The notes under the pieces: model-generated
Seen by the model: the letters and a program-made list of their open reading frames with translations, nothing else
What the model was told of the DNA's origin: nothing
The model's database searches: none
Source: a virus
Taxonomy: Duplodnaviria; Caudoviricetes
Direction: 5' to 3' (one strand)
IMG/VR virus record: IMGVR_UViG_3300038673_000494
Span: 1-37,878 of that record
Length of the DNA: 37,878 nt
Program-made: the position numbers and the translations under genes
Shown: positions 18,390 to 26,537 of the stretch, piece after piece
How the letters are laid out: each line of letters starts with the position of its first letter
Position numbering within the stretch: the first letter of the stretch is position 1

Positions 18390-18598
18390 AATTCATCATA
18401 CATCCATTGTTCTCTAAATTTCAATCGAATCTTATTCCTTAGTTCTGGAGGCAAAGTATAGAACGTCTTTTTCATCTTAGACCAAATCAACAATTCCCAC
18501 CATTCAACCTCTCTAGCAATTCCTTTTTCATCGACTTCAAGAATCGCCTCACATTTAGGACAACGCACCAGCTTCCTTTCTTGTTCAGATTCACTCAT
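18386..18598 (-). CDS. Hypothetical protein with CxxC
   Basis: VRCPKC; overlapping junctions. Confidence 0.5.
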   Translation of the reverse strand: MSESEQERKLVRCPKCEAILEVDEKGIAREVEWWELLIWSKMKKTFYTLPPELRNKIRLKFREQWMYDEF

Positions 18599-18828
18599 CG
18601 GGCTTTCCTCTTTGGTTTACAGAAACAAAACCTTGTTTTACACGATGTGACATACCATTTACCTTCAATGGTTTTTGTGTAGCAACTACAACGCCCCATC
18701 TTCTTGTAATATCTGCGTTGTTCGTTTGCTTCCTGTTTAGTATCAACAAAGCAACCATGTGTGATTTGTTCAAGTTGGTACCAGTCGTTAGGGTCAAGTT
18801 CTTGTATGTCTTTTTTAGGAACAATCAT
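18595..18828 (-). CDS. Hypothetical protein
   Basis: ATGA overlaps; N-terminus similar to 18168-18389. Confidence 0.45.
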   Translation of the reverse strand: MIVPKKDIQELDPNDWYQLEQITHGCFVDTKQEANEQRRYYKKMGRCSCYTKTIEGKWYVTSCKTRFCFCKPKRKAR

Positions 18829-19031
18829 TTCAATTTCTCCAAAAGTTCATCAATTAGACGCAAATCCTCTGTAACAAGTTCAGGTGCATCCTCAACTTTT
18901 TCATATTGGACTCTTATTTGTTGAAGCCACTCCTTCACATCATCAATGGTCAATACGTCTATTTCGTCACCGTTAGCAGCAAAAGCGATACATGTTCGCT
19001 CTTTCAATGTTTGTTTTTCAAGAACGGTCAA
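18825..19031 (-). CDS. Hypothetical protein (KEWLQQ family)
   Basis: Shares KEWLQQ and the xDxLLxxL C-terminus with 21304-21519. Confidence 0.55.
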   Translation of the reverse strand: MTVLEKQTLKERTCIAFAANGDEIDVLTIDDVKEWLQQIRVQYEKVEDAPELVTEDLRLIDELLEKLK

Positions 19032-19421
19032 TCTAACAACTCCGCTTTATACCTCATACAATCACAGATTGCGTTACCTTGACGGCAAAAACAGAAACCA
19101 AACAAAGTTGGAAAAGTGCAACGTACATTAGTTTCTTTTTCAAGAACAGTTTTAGTCATCGAGATACACTTCTCCACATTTTTTACACTTCATAAAATTG
19201 AAGTCACCAACGTCATCATTTCCCTCATCATACCAGCGTTCAAACTCTTTTGAACCACACTTTTCGCAGATGTCGCCTTCCCATTTTGTGTTTTGTTCAG
19301 AAAAAGTCACGATATGGACACTCCATCAGCAAGTTTCATTAATTCCTTAATTTCTTCTATTGTATCTGCTTCATATTCAAACTCGCCATGTTTCACACCA
19401 AGAATTGAAACAACTCTAAGT

Positions 19422-20036
19422 TTAGTTTTTAGTTTCATCTTTTTTCTCCTCTAAGAGTTTTTGTTCACATAATGAGCAATATATATGACCAATTTCTGTT
19501 GTCTTGTCACATTTACAACAAAAAATTGAGCCGTATTTTTCCTTGTAGTCTCGCCTTTTCTGTTCTAAATTCCAAAAATTATTTCTTGCAATCTCAATTT
19601 CTTTGTCAAGTTTCAAAACTTCATTAACCAACACTTTATGATTTTCTCGTTCAATAACAGAAATGTCTTTTTCTATTCTCTTCCAATAACTTTCAGGCAT
19701 TTCTATGTAGTATTGTTTACAGGAATAACAGAAAAATGATGTTGTCGCTTTATGTTCTTCTCCACATTTAGGACATTTCTTTACGTAACCGTTTTTCTTC
19801 ATCCACTCCAAATTTTGATAACACTCTCTTTCTTTAATTGGAATTTTACAATCCATACATGCCCACGTGGGGGCATCACGATATTTTTGACAAACAAACT
19901 TACTTTGTAACATTTTTCTACTTCTTTCAGCCCTAGCCTTCATATTCATGTCCCTAGCACGGTCACGGTCTAAAAGAGAGTTTCTAACCCTACCACTTGG
20001 GAGTGTATACCAATCTCTTGAAGATAACCCGCTCAT
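19422..20036 (-). CDS. Cys-rich multi zinc-ribbon protein with coiled coil
   Basis: CMDC, CPKC, CYSC, CCKC, CSLC; heptad-rich segment. Confidence 0.6.
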   Translation of the reverse strand: MSGLSSRDWYTLPSGRVRNSLLDRDRARDMNMKARAERSRKMLQSKFVCQKYRDAPTWACMDCKIPIKERECYQNLEWMKKNGYVKKCPKCGEEHKATTSFFCYSCKQYYIEMPESYWKRIEKDISVIERENHKVLVNEVLKLDKEIEIARNNFWNLEQKRRDYKEKYGSIFCCKCDKTTEIGHIYCSLCEQKLLEEKKDETKN

Positions 20037-20040
20037 CTAC

Positions 20041-20250
20041 TTATTCTCCATCTTTTGAATGTAAACAAAGAGGGTTTGTCCCGAATGGGGTTACTGCTAT
20101 GTCGTTAGCCTCAAACGGAATATGTGTTTGATTGCTGACTCCACCATATCTTTGTGCTAGAAAGATACGTCTACCCTTCCCAGACCACACAACAGATTTG
20201 CTTCGTACAATGCCACGACAAGTACACATATCCCACATTCGCTTAGACAC
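20041..20250 (-). CDS. Hypothetical protein
   Basis: GGAGG upstream; array member. Confidence 0.4.
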   Translation of the reverse strand: MSKRMWDMCTCRGIVRSKSVVWSGKGRRIFLAQRYGGVSNQTHIPFEANDIAVTPFGTNPLCLHSKDGE

Positions 20251-20464
20251 CCTCCTTGTTTGTTTTATTACAAGAGTTGTAAAGTGTTAGTTTTTCAGTG
20301 TCCTCATTGAACTCTCCAATCTTTTCGCCTTCAGGAGTTCCAATATAAACTAATCCAATAATCAATTTGAATTTTGTTTTGTCTAAGTTAAATTCTATCG
20401 GACAAAAAGCTGGAGGCATACCTTCATGAATTCTTCCTCTAAGTCTAACCCATTGTTCATTCAT
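20243..20464 (-). CDS. Hypothetical protein
   Basis: ATGA overlap; array member. Confidence 0.5.
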   Translation of the reverse strand: MNEQWVRLRGRIHEGMPPAFCPIEFNLDKTKFKLIIGLVYIGTPEGEKIGEFNEDTEKLTLYNSCNKTNKEGV

Positions 20465-20697
20465 CTTTCTGCACCCAACACTTTTTTCAAATCTGCAACA
20501 AGAAGCAAAGCCTTGTTTGTGTTACCTACAATTATCTCATTATCTAGTTCGTCAAGTTTTTTCTCAAAATACCCTTCAAAAGATGAACTTCCCCTGTCTC
20601 TATAACCACAGTCGCAACATTCATAAATTGGAATGGGTTCTGATGAACTTGGCAAAGTATGTTTAATAAACTCGCTTCCACATGTAGGACAGTTCAT
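20461..20697 (-). CDS. Zinc-ribbon protein (LGA-tail family)
   Basis: CPTCGS...ECCDCG; ends KKVLGAER. Confidence 0.55.
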   Translation of the reverse strand: MNCPTCGSEFIKHTLPSSSEPIPIYECCDCGYRDRGSSSFEGYFEKKLDELDNEIIVGNTNKALLLVADLKKVLGAER

Positions 20698-20888
20698 TGT
20701 TTGTTACTCTCCTCTGCACCCAAATCATTTTCAAAATATGCATTAAACTCAGCGAACTTCTTTTCAAATTCTACATGTTTTTTATGGAGTGTTTTTCGTA
20801 ACTCTTCCAGTCCCTCCGATTGCACTCTAAGGGCAATGGCTTCTTTGTGAAGTTTTTTTGAGCGTTCAAGCAATTCTTTTGCGTTCAA
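20694..20888 (-). CDS. Coiled-coil hypothetical protein (LGA-tail family)
   Basis: Ends DLGAEESNKQ. Confidence 0.5.
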   Translation of the reverse strand: MNAKELLERSKKLHKEAIALRVQSEGLEELRKTLHKKHVEFEKKFAEFNAYFENDLGAEESNKQ

Positions 20889-21133
20889 TCTCTTTTACTC
20901 TCCTTTGCACCCAACTGTTTTTCTATCTCTTCAAGAGCATCTCCAATTCCGTCACCATAACATAGACAATAGGTTGATGGGTCATCACAACCTCTGAAAG
21001 CCATGATTTTTTGTTGTTTATCAGCTATCGCCTTCAAACAATCTTGAAGCAATAATTTCTTATCTGAGCTAATATCAAACAAATATTCAATTTGCTCAGT
21101 TAAGTTTCTTTCATCAAACTTTTTTGCTTTCAA
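20885..21133 (-). CDS. Hypothetical protein (LGA-tail family)
   Basis: Ends KQLGAKESKRD. Confidence 0.5.
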   Translation of the reverse strand: MKAKKFDERNLTEQIEYLFDISSDKKLLLQDCLKAIADKQQKIMAFRGCDDPSTYCLCYGDGIGDALEEIEKQLGAKESKRD

Positions 21134-21151
21134 TCTCTTTTACTCTCCAAC

Positions 21152-21301
21152 TCAGTTCTGTTTATTCCCGCACTCTTTTTGCAGCATGTCCCGGACTGCG
21201 CACCGTATTGCCTCGGCGCGGTTTGGGTACATCTTCGCTTCAACAAGACCGTCCAACAGTTTCAGGTAATATTCAGGAAAACGAACATTAATCAACTTCA
21301 C
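21152..21301 (-). CDS. Ribbon-helix-helix (CopG/Arc/MetJ) transcription regulator, 49 aa
   Basis: Read manually: MKLINVRFPEYYLKLLDGLVEAKMYPNRAEAIRCAVRDML, a typical archaeal RHH pattern. Confidence 0.8.
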   Translation of the reverse strand: MKLINVRFPEYYLKLLDGLVEAKMYPNRAEAIRCAVRDMLQKECGNKQN

Positions 21302-21303
21302 GG

Positions 21304-21519
21304 TTATTTGTCCTCCAACTCAGCCAAAAGGTTATCAAGCATGTCTTTTTTGCCTTGATAATGGTCTACGTTGTAAGCGTCTGCTTTCGTAATTTTAAGG
21401 CGTTTTTGTTGAAGCCACTCTTTTGTACATTGTATCGCGATATTATATGATACTTGGTCTTTCAGTCCATCAGGTGTTTTTGTTGCGAATTCAGATAATA
21501 TTTGTTTTAATGTTTTCAT
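21304..21519 (-). CDS. Hypothetical protein (KEWLQQ family)
   Basis: Paralogous motif to 18825-19031. Confidence 0.55.
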   Translation of the reverse strand: MKTLKQILSEFATKTPDGLKDQVSYNIAIQCTKEWLQQKRLKITKADAYNVDHYQGKKDMLDNLLAELEDK

Positions 21520-21708
21520 TTATAGGTCAGCCTCTTTTGTGTCGATGTTTACGCCTTTTTCTATGCGGTCAAGTATTTCTTTGGCATATTCTGAATGTTG
21601 CTTAAACCCCTTCATTGCCATCTCTAAAGGGTCATGTGAATATGGGGCTTTCATTTCAACGATTTTTTGAAGCATTTCGCGGATGCTCATTTCAGGAAAG
21701 TTATTCAT
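21520..21708 (-). CDS. Hypothetical protein
   Basis: Abutting array member. Confidence 0.5.
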   Translation of the reverse strand: MNNFPEMSIREMLQKIVEMKAPYSHDPLEMAMKGFKQHSEYAKEILDRIEKGVNIDTKEADL

Positions 21709-21709
21709 T

Positions 21710-21877
21710 TTAGAAGTTTACTCCGTTGTATGGTATTTCTATTCCACGTTTTTTTAGGTCTGCCCTGATTTGTCTGAGTAACGTTTCAGGGATGTTGGTT
21801 ACGCGGATTGTGTATGTTTTGGTGTAGCATTCATAGAATGTTACGCCTTTGGGTGTTTGGTTAGTGGTTACTGTCAC
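21710..21877 (-). CDS. Hypothetical protein, 55 aa
   Basis: Read manually; GTG start after GGTGA; fills the gap before 21708. Confidence 0.4.
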   Translation of the reverse strand: MTVTTNQTPKGVTFYECYTKTYTIRVTNIPETLLRQIRADLKKRGIEIPYNGVNF

Positions 21878-21912
21878 GGTATCACCACATAGACAGGTAT
21901 CTCTAGAGGTAT

Positions 21913-22164
21913 TTAATGTTTGTGGTTATACTTATACAACGTCAAAAACAAAAACAGAACAGTCAACATGTACCCCGCATACGTCAAAACTGCGCCGACA
22001 ATATAGTGGTGTGGATAACCAACAAAAACTGTAGACCACACTGGGCTTTGGTTGTTTGGGTTCTGGTACGCCTGTTCGAATGCTCCCCAAAAGAATGTGC
22101 AGAATCCTATGTTGAATACTGCGATTATGGTTAATAGAAGCAGTACCTGTTTTAGTGTAGCCAT
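21913..22164 (-). CDS. Two-TM membrane protein
   Basis: Two hydrophobic segments; HHYIVG motif. Confidence 0.55.
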   Translation of the reverse strand: MATLKQVLLLLTIIAVFNIGFCTFFWGAFEQAYQNPNNQSPVWSTVFVGYPHHYIVGAVLTYAGYMLTVLFLFLTLYKYNHKH

Positions 22165-22406
22165 ATTGAAGCCAACGTAAACACAAGCGTTACCAGTATC
22201 CCTATTACGCCTACGAGGGTCGCGTCTATTTTGCGTTTAATCGAAGAAATCTCTTTTCGGTTATCCGCTACTTGGTATTGAAGGTTTTCGTTGATGTTTT
22301 TTTGTGTAATGTGCATCTGTTCGCACACTTCTTTTCTTTGATATGTTCCGTTGTGGTCATGTTTTGCTATAGTAACACACTCCAGCATATGATGTTTGGA
22401 ATCCAC
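22152..22406 (-). CDS. Coiled-coil protein with C-terminal TM helix (XhlA/holin-like)
   Basis: Charged helix followed by TLVGVIGILVTLVFTLASIWL. Confidence 0.55.
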   Translation of the reverse strand: MDSKHHMLECVTIAKHDHNGTYQRKEVCEQMHITQKNINENLQYQVADNRKEISSIKRKIDATLVGVIGILVTLVFTLASIWLH

Positions 22407-22864
22407 ATAACTGCGGTGTAGATTCCCCAGTGAACAGTAGTGGGATGCTCAAAACTGAGACGTCCATGAGTTATTACGGGTATAATCTTAGGCATCCAAT
22501 GCCAAACAAAATTGTATTCAGGAATTTTGCCATCAATCAAAAAATAGAACCAATCCAATACCCCGCCGACCCACGTTAACAACACAGTCCAAACCTTCAA
22601 AACCGCAAACTGTATATTTGGTTCAGTGAAAACAACTAAGGCACAGAAACAGACTATAACAAGCAACATAGACAAGGAGTAGGCGTGAAATCGTCCATCA
22701 GGCGGTAAACCTTTTGCGAGTACCCCAGTAACCATGTGGTCGAGTAGCGCCAGTGAAAACTGCAAAAAAACTATGATTCCCAAGAAGGTTTGGGGTAACA
22801 TAATACTCAATATACCCATATTGTTTATAACAGTTTGGGGTAACATAATACTCAATATACCCAT
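22367..22864 (-). CDS. Multi-pass membrane protein
   Basis: About four hydrophobic segments; N-terminus MGILSIMLPQT duplicated, so the start could be 22819. Confidence 0.6.
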   Translation of the reverse strand: MGILSIMLPQTVINNMGILSIMLPQTFLGIIVFLQFSLALLDHMVTGVLAKGLPPDGRFHAYSLSMLLVIVCFCALVVFTEPNIQFAVLKVWTVLLTWVGGVLDWFYFLIDGKIPEYNFVWHWMPKIIPVITHGRLSFEHPTTVHWGIYTAVMWIPNIICWSVLL

Positions 22865-22873
22865 ATTGTTTAT
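22788..22873. repeat. 41-bp direct repeat, 45-bp period
   Basis: GTTTGGGGTAACATAATACTCAATATACCCATATTGTTTAT at 22788-22828 and 22833-22873. Confidence 0.95.
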
Positions 22874-22879
22874 CCAGAG

Positions 22880-23317
22880 TTAGCAAGAAGACCTCTGGTC
22901 TTGACCAGAGGATGAATTGCGTGTTTTAGTTGTTTGTTCTTCGATGTATTTTTGGATTGTTTCTGCTGAAACGTGTCCTGCGGTTCCTACGTAGTAGCTT
23001 GGACTCCATAGTTTTCCTTTCCAATAGTCGTTTCTAAGTTCAGGAAATTTTTTGAATAATCGAAGAGCCGTAACTCCTTTGAACACTTTCACTATTTCTG
23101 TTGGAGAATTGAAGGGAGTTGTTGAAACAAACAGGTGTAGATGGTCTGGCATAATTTCAAGTGCTAACACTTCAAAACCCTTAGTTGCTGCTATGGTTCG
23201 TATTTGGTCTTCTAGGAACTGTTTGATTTCTGGCTTCTCAAGGATTGGTTTTCGGTATTTTGGGCACCAAACAAGATGATAATTGATGTTGTATACAGCT
23301 GAGCTTTTTCTTCCCAT
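22880..23317 (-). CDS. tnpA: IS200/IS605 Y1 HUH transposase
   Basis: YHLVWCPKYRK, HUH motif DHLHL, LWSPSYYVGTAG, catalytic Tyr in IQKYIEEQ. Confidence 0.95.
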   Translation of the reverse strand: MGRKSSAVYNINYHLVWCPKYRKPILEKPEIKQFLEDQIRTIAATKGFEVLALEIMPDHLHLFVSTTPFNSPTEIVKVFKGVTALRLFKKFPELRNDYWKGKLWSPSYYVGTAGHVSAETIQKYIEEQTTKTRNSSSGQDQRSSC

Positions 23318-24573
23318 TTTAATCACAAACATTAAATAACCTATAGGTATAATATAACGTTAACGATGCTGACACGAATGTTCAAGTTCAGGTTGTATCC
23401 CAACAAAACACAGACAAAAGCTTTAGAGAACACATTGGAAATTTGCAGGTATGCCTATAATCAATTGCTTGCTTGCCAGAAAGCTTCCTACGTGGAACAT
23501 GGGAAACTTGTCAGTCAGTATGACCAAAACCTGAAACTAACACAAATGAAATCAGTCAATCCCCTACTTTCAAATGTCCACAGTCAAATACTGCAAAACA
23601 TCAGCAAACGAATCAGAGACGCATACACAAACTTTTTTGCCCGAAAAAAGTTGGGGTTAAAATCTGGGCTTCCAAGATTCAAAAAATATGGTAAATACAA
23701 AAGTTTGACGTTTCCGCAGTCAGGATTCAAAATCGTTGAAACAGGAAAACGTTTAGACGTTCTTGAGATGTCCAAAATAGGAGACATACCAATTAGATTG
23801 CACAGAACCGTTGAGGGGAAAGTCAAGACACTAACGGTTAAGCGGATGCCTTCAGGAAAATGGTTTGCAATCTTCTCATGCAGAATTGTTGAACAGCCAA
23901 AAATGAAGCTTTTTGAGGATGTTGGTATAGATGTTGGTTTGAAATCTTTTGCAGTGTTAAGCGATGGTCAACATGTTGATAATCCAAGATTCTACAGAAA
24001 AAAAGAGAACAGGTTAAAACGGTTGCAAAGAAGACTGTCAAGGGCAAATAAGGGTAGCAGAAATAGGAGCAAATTAAGAAGTAAAGTTGCGTTGACGCAT
24101 GAAAAGGTAGAGAATTGTAGAAAAGATTTCTTGCATAAAACTTCGAGAATGATTGCTGACCGCTACAAATTCGTGTATGTTGAAGATTTGAAAATAACTA
24201 ATATGGTTAAGAATCATTGTTTAGCCAAGTCTATAAGTGATGCTGGGTGGGGAGCTTTTGTTAGGATGTTAGCCTACAAAGAGGCGGAATCTGGTGGGCA
24301 ACTCGTCAAAGTCAACCCAAAGGGCACAACTCAACAGTGTAGTAGATGCAAAAAAACTGTTGAAAAGCATCTATCTGACAGAATCCATGAATGCCCCTTT
24401 TGTGGGCTTGTGTTAGATAGAGATTTGAACGCTTCAAGAAACATCTTGAGGATAGGGCGGGAATCGCCCAAATCTAAGCCTGAAAGAGAAGAAGCCACTA
24501 CTCAACCTTTCGAGATTGAGCAAGCTTCTCCAATGACACAGGAAGCCACTCAACTTGTTGGGTGGTAATTCAC
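22884..24573 (+). mobile_element. IS200/IS605 family element (IS605 group, divergent tnpA/tnpB)
   Basis: Left-end hairpin CCTCTGGTC-TT-GACCAGAGG (22892-22911) after TTAG; right-end hairpin CCACTCAAC-TT-GTTGGGTGG followed by TTCAC; no target duplication; exact ends inferred. Confidence 0.88.
23366..24568 (+). CDS. tnpB: RNA-guided endonuclease TnpB
   Basis: N-terminal FKFRLYP, RuvC-I GIDVG, RuvC-II VEDL, Zn finger CSRC/CPFC, RuvC-III DRDLNAS. Confidence 0.95.
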   Translation: MLTRMFKFRLYPNKTQTKALENTLEICRYAYNQLLACQKASYVEHGKLVSQYDQNLKLTQMKSVNPLLSNVHSQILQNISKRIRDAYTNFFARKKLGLKSGLPRFKKYGKYKSLTFPQSGFKIVETGKRLDVLEMSKIGDIPIRLHRTVEGKVKTLTVKRMPSGKWFAIFSCRIVEQPKMKLFEDVGIDVGLKSFAVLSDGQHVDNPRFYRKKENRLKRLQRRLSRANKGSRNRSKLRSKVALTHEKVENCRKDFLHKTSRMIADRYKFVYVEDLKITNMVKNHCLAKSISDAGWGAFVRMLAYKEAESGGQLVKVNPKGTTQQCSRCKKTVEKHLSDRIHECPFCGLVLDRDLNASRNILRIGRESPKSKPEREEATTQPFEIEQASPMTQEATQLVGW

Positions 24574-24687
24574 AACATAATCGGTGAAATATCCGAGTTA
24601 ACGTTTGCATCCCATCTCTGAGACATGAGGTAATACCGCAATTGAACTGAAAAGAACAGCCTCAGAGCAGATGAAGGGGTTATGCCG

Positions 24688-24975
24688 TTAACTCGGTGGA
24701 GTTTCAGGTTCTAGGTATGTTTTGAGTCTGCGGTAGATTGCTTTTGCCCAAACCTCGATTGTTGCAACTAAGCCAGCAGAGGTTAACAACTGTGTTGCTG
24801 TGTCGTAGGTGACGCCGACTGTGTATGAGATTACGCCGATTGCTGCACCAAGTATGATGGTGGATATTAGTTTTTCGTAGTCGAATGTTTCTTTTGTTGA
24901 TTTCAGGTACCCGCCGACTGCGTAGATTACGGCTGCGGCTACTGCGGAGATAATTGCTGTTGGGTCGGATAACAT
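24688..24975 (-). CDS. Holin-like small membrane protein
   Basis: Two to three hydrophobic helices, ETFDYEK loop, basic C-terminus. Confidence 0.55.
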   Translation of the reverse strand: MLSDPTAIISAVAAAVIYAVGGYLKSTKETFDYEKLISTIILGAAIGVISYTVGVTYDTATQLLTSAGLVATIEVWAKAIYRRLKTYLEPETPPS

Positions 24976-25064
24976 TTTGGTTCGCCTTGCGGTTGGTTAC
25001 TATGTCGCATGTTTGAAGATTTAACAGTTTCGATAAAAAAAGGGGGATAGCCCCCACGAAGAGG

Positions 25065-25556
25065 CTATAACTGCTCTAACGTTTCCGCGTCTATGACCTT
25101 TGTGTCAGATGGCAACGCTTTTAGCAGTGACAGTTTTGGCAGTATGACGTCTTTTACTGTTGTGTTTTCGTCTGTTTGTATATGTGGTAGAAACGCTACT
25201 ACTTTTTGGCTCTGCATCGCGTAACTCATAGCTAAAGTATCTTTGATAAACCAATGCAGTATGCGCATGGATACTTGCCAATTTATTGATTCGCCATGTT
25301 GTCGGGTTCGTTTGTTCCAGATTCTTGGCGGTTCTAGGTGTACAATAGGGTTCATGTTGATGTCTTGAAACTTTTCTAGGGGTAACTGGAAATGTATTGC
25401 TACGTGGTTGTTGGGTAAATCAAACTCCCACGCAACTTTGGTGACGCCCCATTTAGCTAGGATTGCGTCAATGTCGGATTTGGTGTTTATCGGCGATATT
25501 TTTGTTGTAGAATATGGAATATCCCTATCATCAACATACAACTTTTTCTCAATCAT
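25065..25556 (-). CDS. Conserved-looking viral hypothetical protein
   Basis: PYSTTKI...I..IL.KWGV and RILHWFIK...AFLPH motifs; function not recognised. Confidence 0.55.
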   Translation of the reverse strand: MIEKKLYVDDRDIPYSTTKISPINTKSDIDAILAKWGVTKVAWEFDLPNNHVAIHFQLPLEKFQDINMNPIVHLEPPRIWNKRTRQHGESINWQVSMRILHWFIKDTLAMSYAMQSQKVVAFLPHIQTDENTTVKDVILPKLSLLKALPSDTKVIDAETLEQL

Positions 25557-25818
25557 CACAAAGCAACTCCTCATCATTTTGTAACAATTTTGAGGATAAA
25601 ACAAATTTTTGGGCCCGTGGACTCATGCGACAGATTTTATTAATTTCTCGAATGGCTTGTTTTGCTTCGGTGATTGTGGCACGTGCGCTTAGTATCCTGT
25701 TTCGGACGGTTGCCTCTTTCATGTTTAAGTCTGTAGCTACCTGTTGCACCGATTTTGTGGATAGTTCTGTGAGCAGCAATATGTGGTCTTGCCAAGTAAG
25801 TTTTTTGTGTGGCGGCAT
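25549..25818 (-). CDS. Helix-turn-helix DNA-binding protein
   Basis: SVQQVATDLNMKEATVRNRI; first gene of the leftward transcription unit. Confidence 0.7.
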   Translation of the reverse strand: MPPHKKLTWQDHILLLTELSTKSVQQVATDLNMKEATVRNRILSARATITEAKQAIREINKICRMSPRAQKFVLSSKLLQNDEELLCDD

Positions 25819-26143
25819 TTACTTCACAGGTTTTTAGTGGTTCTATTTGGTTAAAAGGTTTTCTATTAAAAAATATTTTTCAAGTGAAAGGTAAACAAAC
25901 GTAACTATACAACTAAAAGTTGTAATGTCTTAACTGGTTTAGTCCTGACAAAAATAGAACAAACCATAAACCTACATTGTTCTATCTTATACACACACCC
26001 CTTAAATCCACTGGAAACATGGTTTGGTTCAAACACCTTTTTTGGTAAACTATGCTTGTTTACTTTTTTAGATGAACACCAACAACATATTAGATAATAG
26101 ACGTTATATACAATCAACATCCATAACGTTCACGGGATATTTA

Positions 26144-26383
26144 ATGACACAAAATAAGGGGCAAAACGACATATTTAATATCCACTGCTGGCGGTGCAAA
26201 GAAAGGCTTGTTCTTAAGAAACAAAAAGACGGAAGCAAAGGACTGTATTGTCCAGTGTGTGTCCGTTTTAGAAAATTTAATGTTGAAGTTCCACTTAGGC
26301 CAGTACCTAACTCATGGAGCAGAGTCGATGTACGACGGTCAGGCAGATATAAAAGAAGGGTTTTCTTGGGTGAGATAATCTAA
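26144..26383 (+). CDS. Zinc-ribbon protein
   Basis: HCWRC...LYCPVC; TTATATA about 35 nt upstream. Confidence 0.5.
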   Translation: MTQNKGQNDIFNIHCWRCKERLVLKKQKDGSKGLYCPVCVRFRKFNVEVPLRPVPNSWSRVDVRRSGRYKRRVFLGEII

Positions 26384-26437
26384 GTTCCAGTGGAAATATT
26401 GGTGTGTGTGTCTTGTTGTCTGTTGACGGGAATATTG

Positions 26438-26479
26438 TTAAATACCTGTTACTATCTTAGTTTAGGGTAACCTTAAAGG
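26438..26479 (+). promoter_or_regulatory. Promoter of the rightward early operon
   Basis: TTAAATA followed by GTAACCTTAAAGG. Confidence 0.45.
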
Positions 26480-26537
26480 GGTTAATGAAAATGAAAACGA
26501 AAAACAACAAATCTAGTTTTAAAGAAGGAAAATTAAC

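Noticed and set aside
18591-18824. Alternative-frame ORF overlapping 18595-18828
   Set aside because: The 18595-18828 frame has ATGA coupling on both sides and shares its N-terminus with 18168-18389
22788-22873. Mini CRISPR array
   Set aside because: Only two copies separated by 4 bp, with no spacer-length unique sequence
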